Positions 1 through 8,603 of a stretch of 64,000 nucleotides of DNA are shown here, piece after piece (the stretch's first letter is position 1; each line of letters begins with the position of its first letter). A program made the position numbers and the translations under genes. The notes under the pieces are model-generated. The model saw only the letters and a list, made by a program, of their open reading frames with translations. It did not search any database and was not told the DNA's origin. The stretch comes from Bacteroidetes bacterium CG12_big_fil_rev_8_21_14_0_65_60_17 (GTDB lineage: Bacteria > Bacteroidota > Rhodothermia > Rhodothermales > UBA10348): NCBI GenBank assembly GCA_002787815.1, contig PCUY01000075.1, forward strand, positions 11,406 through 75,405, in the 5' to 3' direction.

Positions 1-465
1 GTGGAGTATCTGGACAGTCCCCTTATTGTGGTCCGGGTTGGACAACACCAGATTGTGTATTCGGAATTCAACCGGTGGGGCGGCAGTCTGGAGAGCGGGG
101 TCATGCGCGCACTCGAGAGCCACCTGGAAGCACTTGCCCCTCTGGAAGGCGTTGCCACCGCGCCGTGGGACCCGCGGGCAGGCCACGACTATCTGGTACA
201 GATCCATCTTCTGGGCATGGAGGGGCTGGTGCCGGAAGCCGGGGCCGGCGCGGAAGGTGCTTCGCGCCTACTGGCATCTTGGGAAATCATCAGTCCGATC
301 GATGGAGCCGTTCTTGTTCGTGGAAGAACCAACCACACCACAAGCGGCTGGACGGCCGGAGACTACAACGACCTGGTAGGCCGGTTCGATGCCGGGCTGT
401 GGGAGCTGTCTCGCGATCTGGTGGCGGCGCTTGCAGCCGAGCGGGCATTGCTTCAGCAGGAATGA
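1..465 (+). CDS. pqiC: PqiC-family / ABC-type transport auxiliary lipoprotein, 5'-partial
   Basis: YLDSPLIVVR...EFNRWGGSL resembles the PqiC motif YLDRPQIV...RWAEPL; C-terminal helix YNDLVGRFDAGLWELSRDL; ORF runs off the window edge. Confidence 0.7.
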   Translation: MEYLDSPLIVVRVGQHQIVYSEFNRWGGSLESGVMRALESHLEALAPLEGVATAPWDPRAGHDYLVQIHLLGMEGLVPEAGAGAEGASRLLASWEIISPIDGAVLVRGRTNHTTSGWTAGDYNDLVGRFDAGLWELSRDLVAALAAERALLQQE

Positions 466-577
466 GTATTCTGCTTACCCGAAAAGAAGTCGCGTGACTT
501 CCTGGCCGGGAGCACCGATCGCATATCCTGTTCCGTGTACCCACTCACATTACGGGCAGGCTTGCCAGCGACGCATC

Positions 578-2419
578 ATGAACACCTCTACGACACGTAA
601 CTCACCCATTCACTTCCCTCCCGTCCTGCGCGCTGTACTCATGATGGGCTTAACGATCGCGATGACGGCCCAACTGGTGTCGGCACAGTCGCCTGCCCCG
701 GTAGATCTGGGGGCAGCTGCCAATTTCGGCGTTCTGGGCGGCTCGACGGTAACCAGTACAGGGGCCACAGCCATTTCGGGTGACCTGGGACTGAGTCCAG
801 GGACGGCCATTGACGGGTTTCCCCCGGCCACGGTGACCGGGACCATTCATATCAACACACCGGAAGCTGTCAACGGGCAGGCCGATCTGACGACGGCCTA
901 CAACGATGCGGCCGGCCGCTCGACGAATCCCATAACGGTGGCAGGCAATATCGGCGGCCAGACCCTGCCTCCCGGCCTCTACAAATCACAGACGTCTCTC
1001 GATGTGTCTTCCGGGGATCTGACCCTCGATGCCCAGGGAGACGAGAATGCGGTCTGGATTTTCCAGGTGGGATCCACGCTCACCACAACCTCCGGTCGGC
1101 AGGTGATCCTGACGGGCGGAGCACGGGCCTCAAACGTGTTCTGGCAGGTCGGCACATCGGCCACGATTGGCACGACATCGGCATTCGTCGGGTCCATTCT
1201 CGCCGATCAGTCCATTACTCTGGAAACCGGAGCGACGCTCAACGGCCGCGCGCTCGCGCGCATTGGCGCGGCCTCGCTCGACGGTAACAGTGTCACCGTC
1301 CCGGGAAATGCGCCCCCCCCGCCGGCTGAGGAGGTGACGTTGACGCTTCCGGTTACCGGCACGGAGCCGCATGGGCCCATAGCGCTCCCGGTAATGACGA
1401 GCGACATCGCGGACAAAGGCGTGCGCTCGTATGAGTTCAATGTGGGCTTTGACCCGGGAATCATCACGCTCGACGGCGTGAATACCGTTGGAACACTTTC
1501 GGAGGACGCCGTGGTCACGATAGATGCGACGTTTGGCAATATCACTGTCGCCGGAGTCAGAGCCACCGACTTCGCTGGCAGCGGCGTACTCATTTACCTT
1601 ACCGGTACGTCGGGTAGTTCAGGCGAAACCGATCTGCTCTTTACCGAGGTGACCTTCAATGAGGGAGCACCCGTCGGTATTGGCGTTGACGGACATATCA
1701 GGGTGTCCACGGCCCAACCTGTCGATCCGGTGACGTTGACGCTGCCCGTAACAGGCGCAGAGCCCCGTGTCGGGATTGCTCTCCCGGTGCTTACGGGAGA
1801 CATTGCCAACAAGGGCGTACTCGCGTATGACTTCACAGTTGGCTATGATACGGACGTCATCACGCTCGACAGCGTGAATACGGTCGGTACGCTTTCCGAG
1901 GATGCCACGGTCACGGTCGACACGACGGGTGGACGAATTCATGTGGTTGGATTCAGGAACACCCACTTCTCTGGAAGCGGTGTACTGGTCTACCTGACGG
2001 GCACGGCGAGTGATGCAGGAACGACGGATCTTACGTTCACAAGTCTTACGCTGAACAATGGCACGCCCGAGGGCATTGGCGTTGACGGAAATATCCAGAT
2101 CACCGTTGGTGTCGCCAACGAGGATGAAGCGGCGCTTCCTTCCGCGCTCGTGCTGCGGGGCAACTACCCCAATCCGTTTCGCTCCTCGACCCGCATTTCT
2201 TTCGACCTGTCCCAGGCAGCTGAGGTGCAGGTAGAGGTCTTCGACATGCTCGGTCGCCAGGTGATGGTGCTGCCATCCACACCGATTCCGGCCGGAACTG
2301 ACCAGGGACGCCGCCTGGATGCGTCTGCGCTGTCGACAGGTACGTATCTGTACCGGGTCATCGCGATTTCATCCACCGGTACGCAGGTGACGTCCGGTCA
2401 GATCTCACTCGTCAAATAG
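578..2419 (+). CDS. Secreted ice-binding protein: DUF3494 domain + two cohesin domains + T9SS C-terminal sorting domain
   Basis: ATG 578 with signal peptide ending VSAQ; DUF3494 motifs LGAAANFGVLGGSTVT, AYNDAAGR, LPPGLY, LTLDAQGD, WIFQVGSTLTT, NVFWQVGTSATIG; two 132-aa repeats with a cohesin pattern (LPV...YEFNVGFDP...GSGVLIYL); CTD GNYPNPF...VFDMLGRQV...GTYLYRV. Confidence 0.9.
   Translation: MNTSTTRNSPIHFPPVLRAVLMMGLTIAMTAQLVSAQSPAPVDLGAAANFGVLGGSTVTSTGATAISGDLGLSPGTAIDGFPPATVTGTIHINTPEAVNGQADLTTAYNDAAGRSTNPITVAGNIGGQTLPPGLYKSQTSLDVSSGDLTLDAQGDENAVWIFQVGSTLTTTSGRQVILTGGARASNVFWQVGTSATIGTTSAFVGSILADQSITLETGATLNGRALARIGAASLDGNSVTVPGNAPPPPAEEVTLTLPVTGTEPHGPIALPVMTSDIADKGVRSYEFNVGFDPGIITLDGVNTVGTLSEDAVVTIDATFGNITVAGVRATDFAGSGVLIYLTGTSGSSGETDLLFTEVTFNEGAPVGIGVDGHIRVSTAQPVDPVTLTLPVTGAEPRVGIALPVLTGDIANKGVLAYDFTVGYDTDVITLDSVNTVGTLSEDATVTVDTTGGRIHVVGFRNTHFSGSGVLVYLTGTASDAGTTDLTFTSLTLNNGTPEGIGVDGNIQITVGVANEDEAALPSALVLRGNYPNPFRSSTRISFDLSQAAEVQVEVFDMLGRQVMVLPSTPIPAGTDQGRRLDASALSTGTYLYRVIAISSTGTQVTSGQISLVK
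1334..2110 (+). repeat. Internal tandem duplication encoding two cohesin-like domains (offset 396 nt)
   Basis: gtgacgttgacgct begins both copies (1334, 1730); shared peptides VTLTLPVTG.EP, ITLD.VNTVGTLSEDA.VT.D.T, GSGVL.YLTGT, GIGVDG.I. Confidence 0.85.
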
Positions 2420-2427
2420 GCATCCAT

Positions 2428-2574
2428 ATGCTCGAATTCATCGTAATCGTCCTCGTCGTCCTGTGGCTTCTGGGTATTGTCACCTCGTCCACCATGGGCG
2501 GGCTCATACATATCCTGCTCGTCGTCGCTGTCATCGTCGTGCTGCTTCGATTCATCCAGGGCAGACGTACTTAA
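2428..2574 (+). CDS. lmo0937-family (DUF5670) small membrane protein, 48 aa, absent from ORF track
   Basis: Manual translation MLEFIVIVLVVLWLLGIVTSSTMGGLIHILLVVAVIVVLLRFIQGRRT; carries the family motif LWLLG...GGLIHILLV.A. Confidence 0.9.
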   Translation: MLEFIVIVLVVLWLLGIVTSSTMGGLIHILLVVAVIVVLLRFIQGRRT

Positions 2575-2597
2575 TGACTATTGAACGGGCACTTAAC

Positions 2598-2819
2598 ATG
2601 AAAGAAACAAAGATTGCTGCCGTCGTTCTGATCGTAGCCGGTATCCTGGGGCTTGTGTACGGAAGTTTTTCGTATACGAAAGAAACCCACGAAGGAAAGC
2701 TGGGACCGATAGAGCTCTCGGTCAAGGAGAAGGAATCGGTCAATGTTCCGGTCTGGGTTGGCGTGGGGGCCATTGTTGCCGGCGGCGCACTCCTTCTGAT
2801 CGGGGGCGGTAAGCGGTAG
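2598..2819 (+). CDS. Small two-TM membrane protein (DUF3185-like)
   Basis: MKETKIAAVVLIVAGILGLVYGSFSYTKETHEGKLGPIELSVKEKESVNVPVWVGVGAIVAGGALLL; alternative start ATG 2574 overlaps the upstream TAA. Confidence 0.75.
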   Translation: MKETKIAAVVLIVAGILGLVYGSFSYTKETHEGKLGPIELSVKEKESVNVPVWVGVGAIVAGGALLLIGGGKR

Positions 2820-2903
2820 CGCACGCCAGTTGTGGGCTTTCTATTTTTCAGTGTGGCGAGTGACACTTTGAGCGGCCACTGTAGACACTGAAGATGGAAT
2901 CCG

Positions 2904-4031
2904 ATGATCCGTTTCAATCGCAATGAGCTCGCCGGTGCGTTCGGTGACATGGGCACCGATGTGCCGCTCATTGTCGGTATGGTGCTTGCGGCTGGTCTGG
3001 ACGGTGCGAGTGTGCTCATCATGTTCGGTGCGCTGCAGGTGGTATCGGGCCTCATCTATCGCATGCCCATGCCGGTACAGCCGCTCAAGGCCATGGCGGC
3101 GCTCGTGATTGCCCAGCAGGCGACCGCCGGCATGCTCTACGGCGCGGGGCTCGCCATAGGGATCGTCATGCTGCTGCTGGCCATTACGGGAGGACTCGAC
3201 CTGCTCGCACGCTGGATTCCGAGGAGCGTGGTGCGCGGTATCCAACTCGGGCTCGGCCTGCAACTCGGCCTTGTTGCCCTTCGACAATTCATCCCAGCCG
3301 ATGGCCTGCCCGGCTATGTGCTTGCGGCCGGCGCGTTCGTCGTGACCATCCTACTGCTTGGCAATCGCCGGTTTCCTGCCGCACTGCCCGTTGTGGCGCT
3401 TGGGCTTGTGTATGCTGTTCTGTTCAATATGGATGCGTCGCTCGGCGATCATTTTGGCCTCCACCTGCCGGTCGTGCACGTGCCCTCATGGACCGACATC
3501 ATGGCAGGTTTCGTAGTGCTCGCGCTTCCCCAAATTCCGCTGTCGCTTGGCAACTCCGTGCTTGCCACGCATCAACTCTCCGAGGATCTGTTTCCGGGGC
3601 GTGGTGTGTCGGTGCGCCGGATCGGGATTACCTACGGTATCATGAACCTTATCAATCCGTGGTTTGGTGGCATTCCGACCTGTCACGGATCGGGCGGCAT
3701 GGCAGGCCACTACACATTTGGAGGGCGCACGGGTGGATCGATTGTTCTCTACGGCGCTGTCTTTCTTGTTACCGGGCTGTTTTTTGGCAGCGGGTTCGAT
3801 CTGGCGGCCGAGGCCTTTCCACTTCCCATGCTGGGCGTCATCCTGTTTTTTGAGGCACTCGCCCTCATGTGGCTCATCCGGGATGTAGCGCCCTTGCGTG
3901 CGGAGTTTCCGGTGACACTGCTAGTTGGTATCATCTCCGTTGGACTGCCATACGGATACGTGATCGGGCTTCTCGTGGGCACGGTGCTTGTCTACCTGGG
4001 CCGCCGCATCCAATTGGTCCAAGGGCCGTGA
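2904..4031 (+). CDS. Putative molybdate/sulfate transporter (MOT1 family)
   Basis: ELAGAFGDMGT and PMPVQPLKAMAA motifs, plus second-repeat PTCHGSGGMAGHY.FGGRTGG; polytopic membrane protein. Confidence 0.85.
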   Translation: MIRFNRNELAGAFGDMGTDVPLIVGMVLAAGLDGASVLIMFGALQVVSGLIYRMPMPVQPLKAMAALVIAQQATAGMLYGAGLAIGIVMLLLAITGGLDLLARWIPRSVVRGIQLGLGLQLGLVALRQFIPADGLPGYVLAAGAFVVTILLLGNRRFPAALPVVALGLVYAVLFNMDASLGDHFGLHLPVVHVPSWTDIMAGFVVLALPQIPLSLGNSVLATHQLSEDLFPGRGVSVRRIGITYGIMNLINPWFGGIPTCHGSGGMAGHYTFGGRTGGSIVLYGAVFLVTGLFFGSGFDLAAEAFPLPMLGVILFFEALALMWLIRDVAPLRAEFPVTLLVGIISVGLPYGYVIGLLVGTVLVYLGRRIQLVQGP

Positions 4032-4196
4032 AGCGAGGCCAGAAATGGTCAAAATGCAAGCCATGAAGGAAGAAACAGTCTGGCCCGGTTGGATGTGACG
4101 TCGCCGCAAGCCAGAAGTCGGCGCGCAGACCGGGCGGCAGCGCGTACCAAACCGCCGGGTAAGCACCTGTGATAAACAACCCTGCCTGCACAGCGT

Positions 4197-4718
4197 ATGC
4201 CGAAAGTCATGAACGAGTCGTTTTCCCATACCACTTCCCATGCCACGGCCTGGCCCGACATGGTGCAGAGCGCGGCCGGTGCGCTGACCGGTATGGACGG
4301 GGCCGGCGGATGGCCCGTCCAGGAGCGCCTGTCGGCATTCTTTTTCATGCTGCTCGACGCCCTGGAAGGGGCAGGGGTCCATGCATCCACTTTCAACAGG
4401 GAAGCGTCGGCATGTGCGTCGGATTTCCACGTGGCGCTGCGTGAGCAGCTGGTGGATGTGTTGGATGCGGTCGATGTTCCTGGTGTGAACCGCCTCGTGA
4501 CAGATTCCGCGCCGTCCCGGTTCGCCGTGGCTGAAATACTGGTTCAACTTCTGTCGACATCGCTGGCCGATGCCTCCGACAATCGCGAGCGCTCGGCGGC
4601 CCTGGCCGACAAGTCGTTGGCCTGGGCGGCGGCGCTTATTGCCAACCCGATCCCCGCCCGGACCCTGGACGTGGTGCGCTACGCCATGGAAGCTGGTTAC
4701 CTGCGGTGGAAGCCATGA
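4197..4718 (+). CDS. Protein resembling the C-terminal domain of Bacteroidota TetR-family regulators, without an HTH
   Basis: All-helical; ERLSAFFFMLLDAL and DASDNRERSAALADKSL...LDVVRY recall the TetR C-terminal domain that usually precedes ABC1 kinases; TGA overlaps the next ATG (ATGA 4715-4718). Confidence 0.5.
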   Translation: MPKVMNESFSHTTSHATAWPDMVQSAAGALTGMDGAGGWPVQERLSAFFFMLLDALEGAGVHASTFNREASACASDFHVALREQLVDVLDAVDVPGVNRLVTDSAPSRFAVAEILVQLLSTSLADASDNRERSAALADKSLAWAAALIANPIPARTLDVVRYAMEAGYLRWKP

Positions 4719-6076
4719 CAGAACACGAGGACGGAGAGGGCTCGGGGTCTCCGCCCGGCGGAGCACGGCAACGGGGAATGATAGCGGCCAGAACGGGACT
4801 CAAAGTCGGGGGTAACTACGCACGATACCTGTCGCGCCGGGCGACCGGGGCTGACAGGGACGAGGCGCGGGCCGATCTCCACACCCGGAATGCGGAGGAC
4901 CTATTCACGGAGCTCTCAAAATTGAGGGGTACGGCCCTGAAAATGGCGCAGGGGCTCAGCATGGAGCCCGGCATGCTTCCGGGGCAGTTTGCCGACATCC
5001 TGTCGAAGGCGCAGTATGAGGTGCCTGCGATGGGTCCGGCCCTGGTGCACCGGCTTGTGGCGCAGGCATTCGGTATGCCGCCCCAGGAGGCATTTGCCGC
5101 GTTCGACCTCACGGCGATGGCGGCGGCCTCGCTTGGCCAGGTGCATCGAGCGCGCCTGCACGACGGGACAGATGTGGTGGTCAAGGTCCAGTATCCGAAT
5201 GTGCGGGAAAGTGTCGATTCGGACCTGAAAATGGTCCGCGCCCTGGCTGGCCGATTTGTGGATCTGCACCTTCTCGATCCGTACGTCGAGGAAGTCCGCG
5301 AGCGCATGATGGAGGAGACGGACTATATCAACGAAGGGCGCAATATCGAGCAGTTCGCTGCGCGCTATGCCAATTCATCGATCGTGACGCCGCGCTGGGT
5401 GGAAGCGCGCACGACGGAACGCGTGTTGACCATGACGCACGTGGACGGGCAGCATCTGAAGGCATTTCTCGCCACGGAGCCTTCCCGGGAGCGGCGCAAT
5501 CACTTCGGGCAGCTGCTCTGGGATACAGTGCACGAGCAGGTCGCTTCCGACCATCTGTCGGTGCATGCCGATCCGCATCCGGGCAATTTCCTGTTCCGGG
5601 AGGACGGCACGCTGGGATTGCTGGATTTCGGGTGCATCAAAGTCTTTCCACGAGCATTCAGGGACCATCTGCTGGGCCTGTATCGCGCCCGGATGGCAGG
5701 AGACACGGCGGCGCAGAAACGGGCCTACGAGGCGCTCGACATGCTGCCGGCGGACCTGGACGGGGAAGAACGTACGTATCTGATGGAGATTCTGGATGCC
5801 TTCGGCGGCATGATCCAGAGCCTCTACGAGCAGGATATGTACGATTTCAGCACGGGAGAACTGCTCTCCCGGTTCCAGGACATCATGCCCCGGTTGACCG
5901 GGCGGGAGGCGTTCCAGCACCGCCGGCCCGTGGGATCGCATCATTTCGTCTTTGTGAATCGCCTGCTGGTTGGTCTGTTCAGCATGATGACGCAGCTCGG
6001 GGCCCGGGTGGACGTCAGGCATGCCCGTCGCTGCCTGGAGCAGGTGCGCCCCGATTCACTCATGCCGGTCGGATAG
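4715..6076 (+). CDS. AarF/ABC1/UbiB-family atypical kinase
   Basis: KLRGTALKMAQ, AAASLGQVHRA, VVVKVQYP, HADPHPGNF, LLDFGC motifs. Confidence 0.93.
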   Translation: MTEHEDGEGSGSPPGGARQRGMIAARTGLKVGGNYARYLSRRATGADRDEARADLHTRNAEDLFTELSKLRGTALKMAQGLSMEPGMLPGQFADILSKAQYEVPAMGPALVHRLVAQAFGMPPQEAFAAFDLTAMAAASLGQVHRARLHDGTDVVVKVQYPNVRESVDSDLKMVRALAGRFVDLHLLDPYVEEVRERMMEETDYINEGRNIEQFAARYANSSIVTPRWVEARTTERVLTMTHVDGQHLKAFLATEPSRERRNHFGQLLWDTVHEQVASDHLSVHADPHPGNFLFREDGTLGLLDFGCIKVFPRAFRDHLLGLYRARMAGDTAAQKRAYEALDMLPADLDGEERTYLMEILDAFGGMIQSLYEQDMYDFSTGELLSRFQDIMPRLTGREAFQHRRPVGSHHFVFVNRLLVGLFSMMTQLGARVDVRHARRCLEQVRPDSLMPVG

Positions 6077-6104
6077 GGCCCGATCGGGTTTGACAATAAG
6101 GAGA

Positions 6105-6145
6105 GCAGGGCCGAGATTGATGAGTCCCACCAATCTCGGCCCTGC
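6105..6145. repeat. Perfect 15-bp inverted repeat with 11-nt loop immediately upstream of ATG 6147
   Basis: gcagggccgagattg (6105-6119) / caatctcggccctgc (6131-6145). Confidence 0.9.
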
Positions 6146-6146
6146 C

Positions 6147-8600
6147 ATGCGTTTTACCCCTTGCCAATCCTTCTTTTTTTTCGCTCTTCTATCGTTTGTT
6201 GCTGTTTCCGCCGTGCTGATGGTGCCGCCGGCCACTGCGCAGTCCGGCTCCTTCGGCGCGGCCGTCCACGTGGATAATGACATCCTCTTTGCCGGCGAGC
6301 CAAACACCTACTTCCGCGAAGGCTCGGTGTATGTCTACGCCAGCCAGGGCGGCGACTGGGTCCAGACCGACCGGATCACGTCACCGGATCCGGAACGCGC
6401 CGACGGGTTCGGAACGGCCATTGCCCGTACTGGCAACACGTTGTTCATTGGCCAGAAAGCGGGGCCGTTGCACATTTTTGAGCAGTCCCAGGGCACGTGG
6501 CGCCATGCGGGCCGGCTGACAGGTCCCGGTACGTCGGGAATTGACCCCGGCTGCAACTCATACGGCTATTGTGAGACGACCTTTGGAATCACGCTGGCCG
6601 CCGACGGCGACTGGCTGTTCGTGGGCGCAACCGGTGAGCAGCCGCCAGCGGGTCGTGGCCAGGAGGCACCCGCCGAGGAGCGGGGCGCGGTGCATGTCTA
6701 TCACCGCGGTGCGGACGGAACGTGGACAGCGCACTCCCGTGTGCAGGCTACAGGCGCAGCGCCCGGGGATCATTTCGGCGCTCGCATCCATATGGCACGC
6801 GGGCGGGCGCTCATCAGCGCGCCGCGCTGGGGAGATACAGCGGCTGGTGTCGATGAGACCGGGCGCGTCGTGGAGTTCGCGCTGCGTAGCGGCAAGTGGG
6901 AGGAAGTGGGCAGCCTGCCGATTCCGGCGCATCCGGCCGCACACAGCGGGAGCGCGCTGGCGGTCGATGGAAATGAGGTATATGTGGGGGCGCCGGGCTG
7001 GGAGGAAAGCCGCGGCGCGGTGCTTCGATTCCGGCGCCCGGGCGTGGATGGTGCGTGGACGGCGGCCGGGAGGATCAGTCTCGGAAGCGGCGAGACAGGG
7101 GATAGATTCGGCAGCGGCGTAGCCGTGTCAAACGGTGTCCTCTGGGTGGGGGCGCCGACCGAGCGGGCCAACGAGATCGGATCGGTCTATGTATACGGGC
7201 GTGAGGCCGACGGGTCGCTTTCCTACAGTCCGGAGCGTATCCAACTGGAAGAAACCGTGGAACGCGACAATTTCGGAGCGCACATCGTGGCTGCCGGCGC
7301 ATCTGTGGTCGTGGATGTACCCGGAATGCATCACCGGGCAGGTGCTGTCATGGTATACATCGGCGGTGCGGACGGCGGGGCGGACGCATCTCCCGGGACA
7401 GGGGGCCGGATGCTGGTCAGCCCGCCCGATGCGCTCGGGGCCATGCTCGGAGAGCGCCGCGAGTGTGACGATGGTAAAATAGGACCATTTGACTGCAGTG
7501 AGGTTGAGCTGCTTTCCTTCATTCCGAACTCCATCCTGCGCGATGGTGACTGGGCGCGCGGCGTGCGCACGAATGACAACTGGGGATGGACCGATCCTGA
7601 GACCGGGCGCGAGTATGCGCTCGTAGGCCGCAACGATGGGACGTCGTTCATTGATATCACCGATCCTGTGAATCCGGTGCTGATTGGCGATTTGCCAAAG
7701 CCGTGGGGGACGCCGCCGACGCAGCTCTGGCGGGACATCAAAACCTACAAGGACCATGCGTTCATCGTGGCCGACGGGGCCGGGGACCACGGCATGCAGG
7801 TGTTTGACCTCCGGCGGCTACGTGACGTTGCGAATCCTCCCGAGGTTTTCGAGCCCGATCTGCACTATACCGATATTGCCAGCTCGCACAATGTGATCAT
7901 CAACGAGGAAACGGGCTATGCCTACACGGTCGACCGGCAAACGTGTGGCGGGGGGCTCTACATGATGAACATCGAGGAGCCGCTGAATCCGGTTTTCGAG
8001 GGGTGCGTCACCGGGGAGACGGGCACGCACGATGCGCAGTGCGTCATGTACCAGGGGCCCGATACACGCTACACGGGCCACGAAATCTGTCTCAATTCCA
8101 ACGGTCGCACGTTCGATATCGCAGATGTGACCGACAAGGACAATCCGGTCACGCTGGCGACGGCGTCGTCCCCGAACGCCGCGTACATCCACCAGGGCTG
8201 GCTCACGGACGATCACCGGTATTTCTACCAGGACGACGAATCGGACGTGGTGCGGGGTAATGTTGAAACAACCCGTACGCTCATCTGGGACCTTACGAAC
8301 CTGGAAGATCCCGTTCTTACGAACGAGTTCATGGGCTCCATGCCGGCCAGTGCGCACAACCTCTATCTGAAAGATGGCTTTGCCTACCAGGCGAATTACC
8401 GCTACGGCATGCATGTGCTCGATATTGCCGACCCGGAAAATCCCGTCGAAGTCGGCTATTTTGACACGTCACCCTACCAGGAGGGGCCCGGATTCAGCGG
8501 TGCATGGAGCACGTTTCCGTTCTATAAGAGCGGCACGGTGCTGGTCACGAGCCTCCAGGAAGGGCTTTTCGTGCTCAAGAAAAAAGACGTGGAGTTCTGA
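6147..8600 (+). CDS. Choice-of-anchor B family protein with N-terminal FG-GAP-like repeats
   Basis: Signal peptide; repeated FG.AVA...LFVGA units; C-terminal part with NDNWGWTDPETGREYAL, WRDIKTY, HDAQCV.Y.GPD, YIHQGWLT.D, HNLY, GAWSTFPF; start could be 6120. Confidence 0.88.
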   Translation: MRFTPCQSFFFFALLSFVAVSAVLMVPPATAQSGSFGAAVHVDNDILFAGEPNTYFREGSVYVYASQGGDWVQTDRITSPDPERADGFGTAIARTGNTLFIGQKAGPLHIFEQSQGTWRHAGRLTGPGTSGIDPGCNSYGYCETTFGITLAADGDWLFVGATGEQPPAGRGQEAPAEERGAVHVYHRGADGTWTAHSRVQATGAAPGDHFGARIHMARGRALISAPRWGDTAAGVDETGRVVEFALRSGKWEEVGSLPIPAHPAAHSGSALAVDGNEVYVGAPGWEESRGAVLRFRRPGVDGAWTAAGRISLGSGETGDRFGSGVAVSNGVLWVGAPTERANEIGSVYVYGREADGSLSYSPERIQLEETVERDNFGAHIVAAGASVVVDVPGMHHRAGAVMVYIGGADGGADASPGTGGRMLVSPPDALGAMLGERRECDDGKIGPFDCSEVELLSFIPNSILRDGDWARGVRTNDNWGWTDPETGREYALVGRNDGTSFIDITDPVNPVLIGDLPKPWGTPPTQLWRDIKTYKDHAFIVADGAGDHGMQVFDLRRLRDVANPPEVFEPDLHYTDIASSHNVIINEETGYAYTVDRQTCGGGLYMMNIEEPLNPVFEGCVTGETGTHDAQCVMYQGPDTRYTGHEICLNSNGRTFDIADVTDKDNPVTLATASSPNAAYIHQGWLTDDHRYFYQDDESDVVRGNVETTRTLIWDLTNLEDPVLTNEFMGSMPASAHNLYLKDGFAYQANYRYGMHVLDIADPENPVEVGYFDTSPYQEGPGFSGAWSTFPFYKSGTVLVTSLQEGLFVLKKKDVEF

Positions 8601-8603
8601 CCC

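Noticed and set aside
486-501. Near-palindrome GAAGTCGCGTGACTTC upstream of the ice-binding gene
   Set aside because: Single copy with 6-bp arms; too weak without comparative data.
389-577. Upstream extensions in the ORF track (389, 6021, 8830, 20797, 22898, 33599, 37643, 39722, 45102, 53984, 55030, 59612 and the - strand starts 16974, 18080)
   Set aside because: They overlap neighbouring genes or regulatory RNA and lack family similarity; starts were moved to the codon matching signal peptides, conserved N-termini or stop/start overlaps.
2820-2903. Moco riboswitch or ModE box upstream of the MOT1-type transporter
   Set aside because: The 84-nt spacer has only an imperfect inverted repeat (ttcagtgt...acactgaa) and none of the conserved Moco or ModE sequence.
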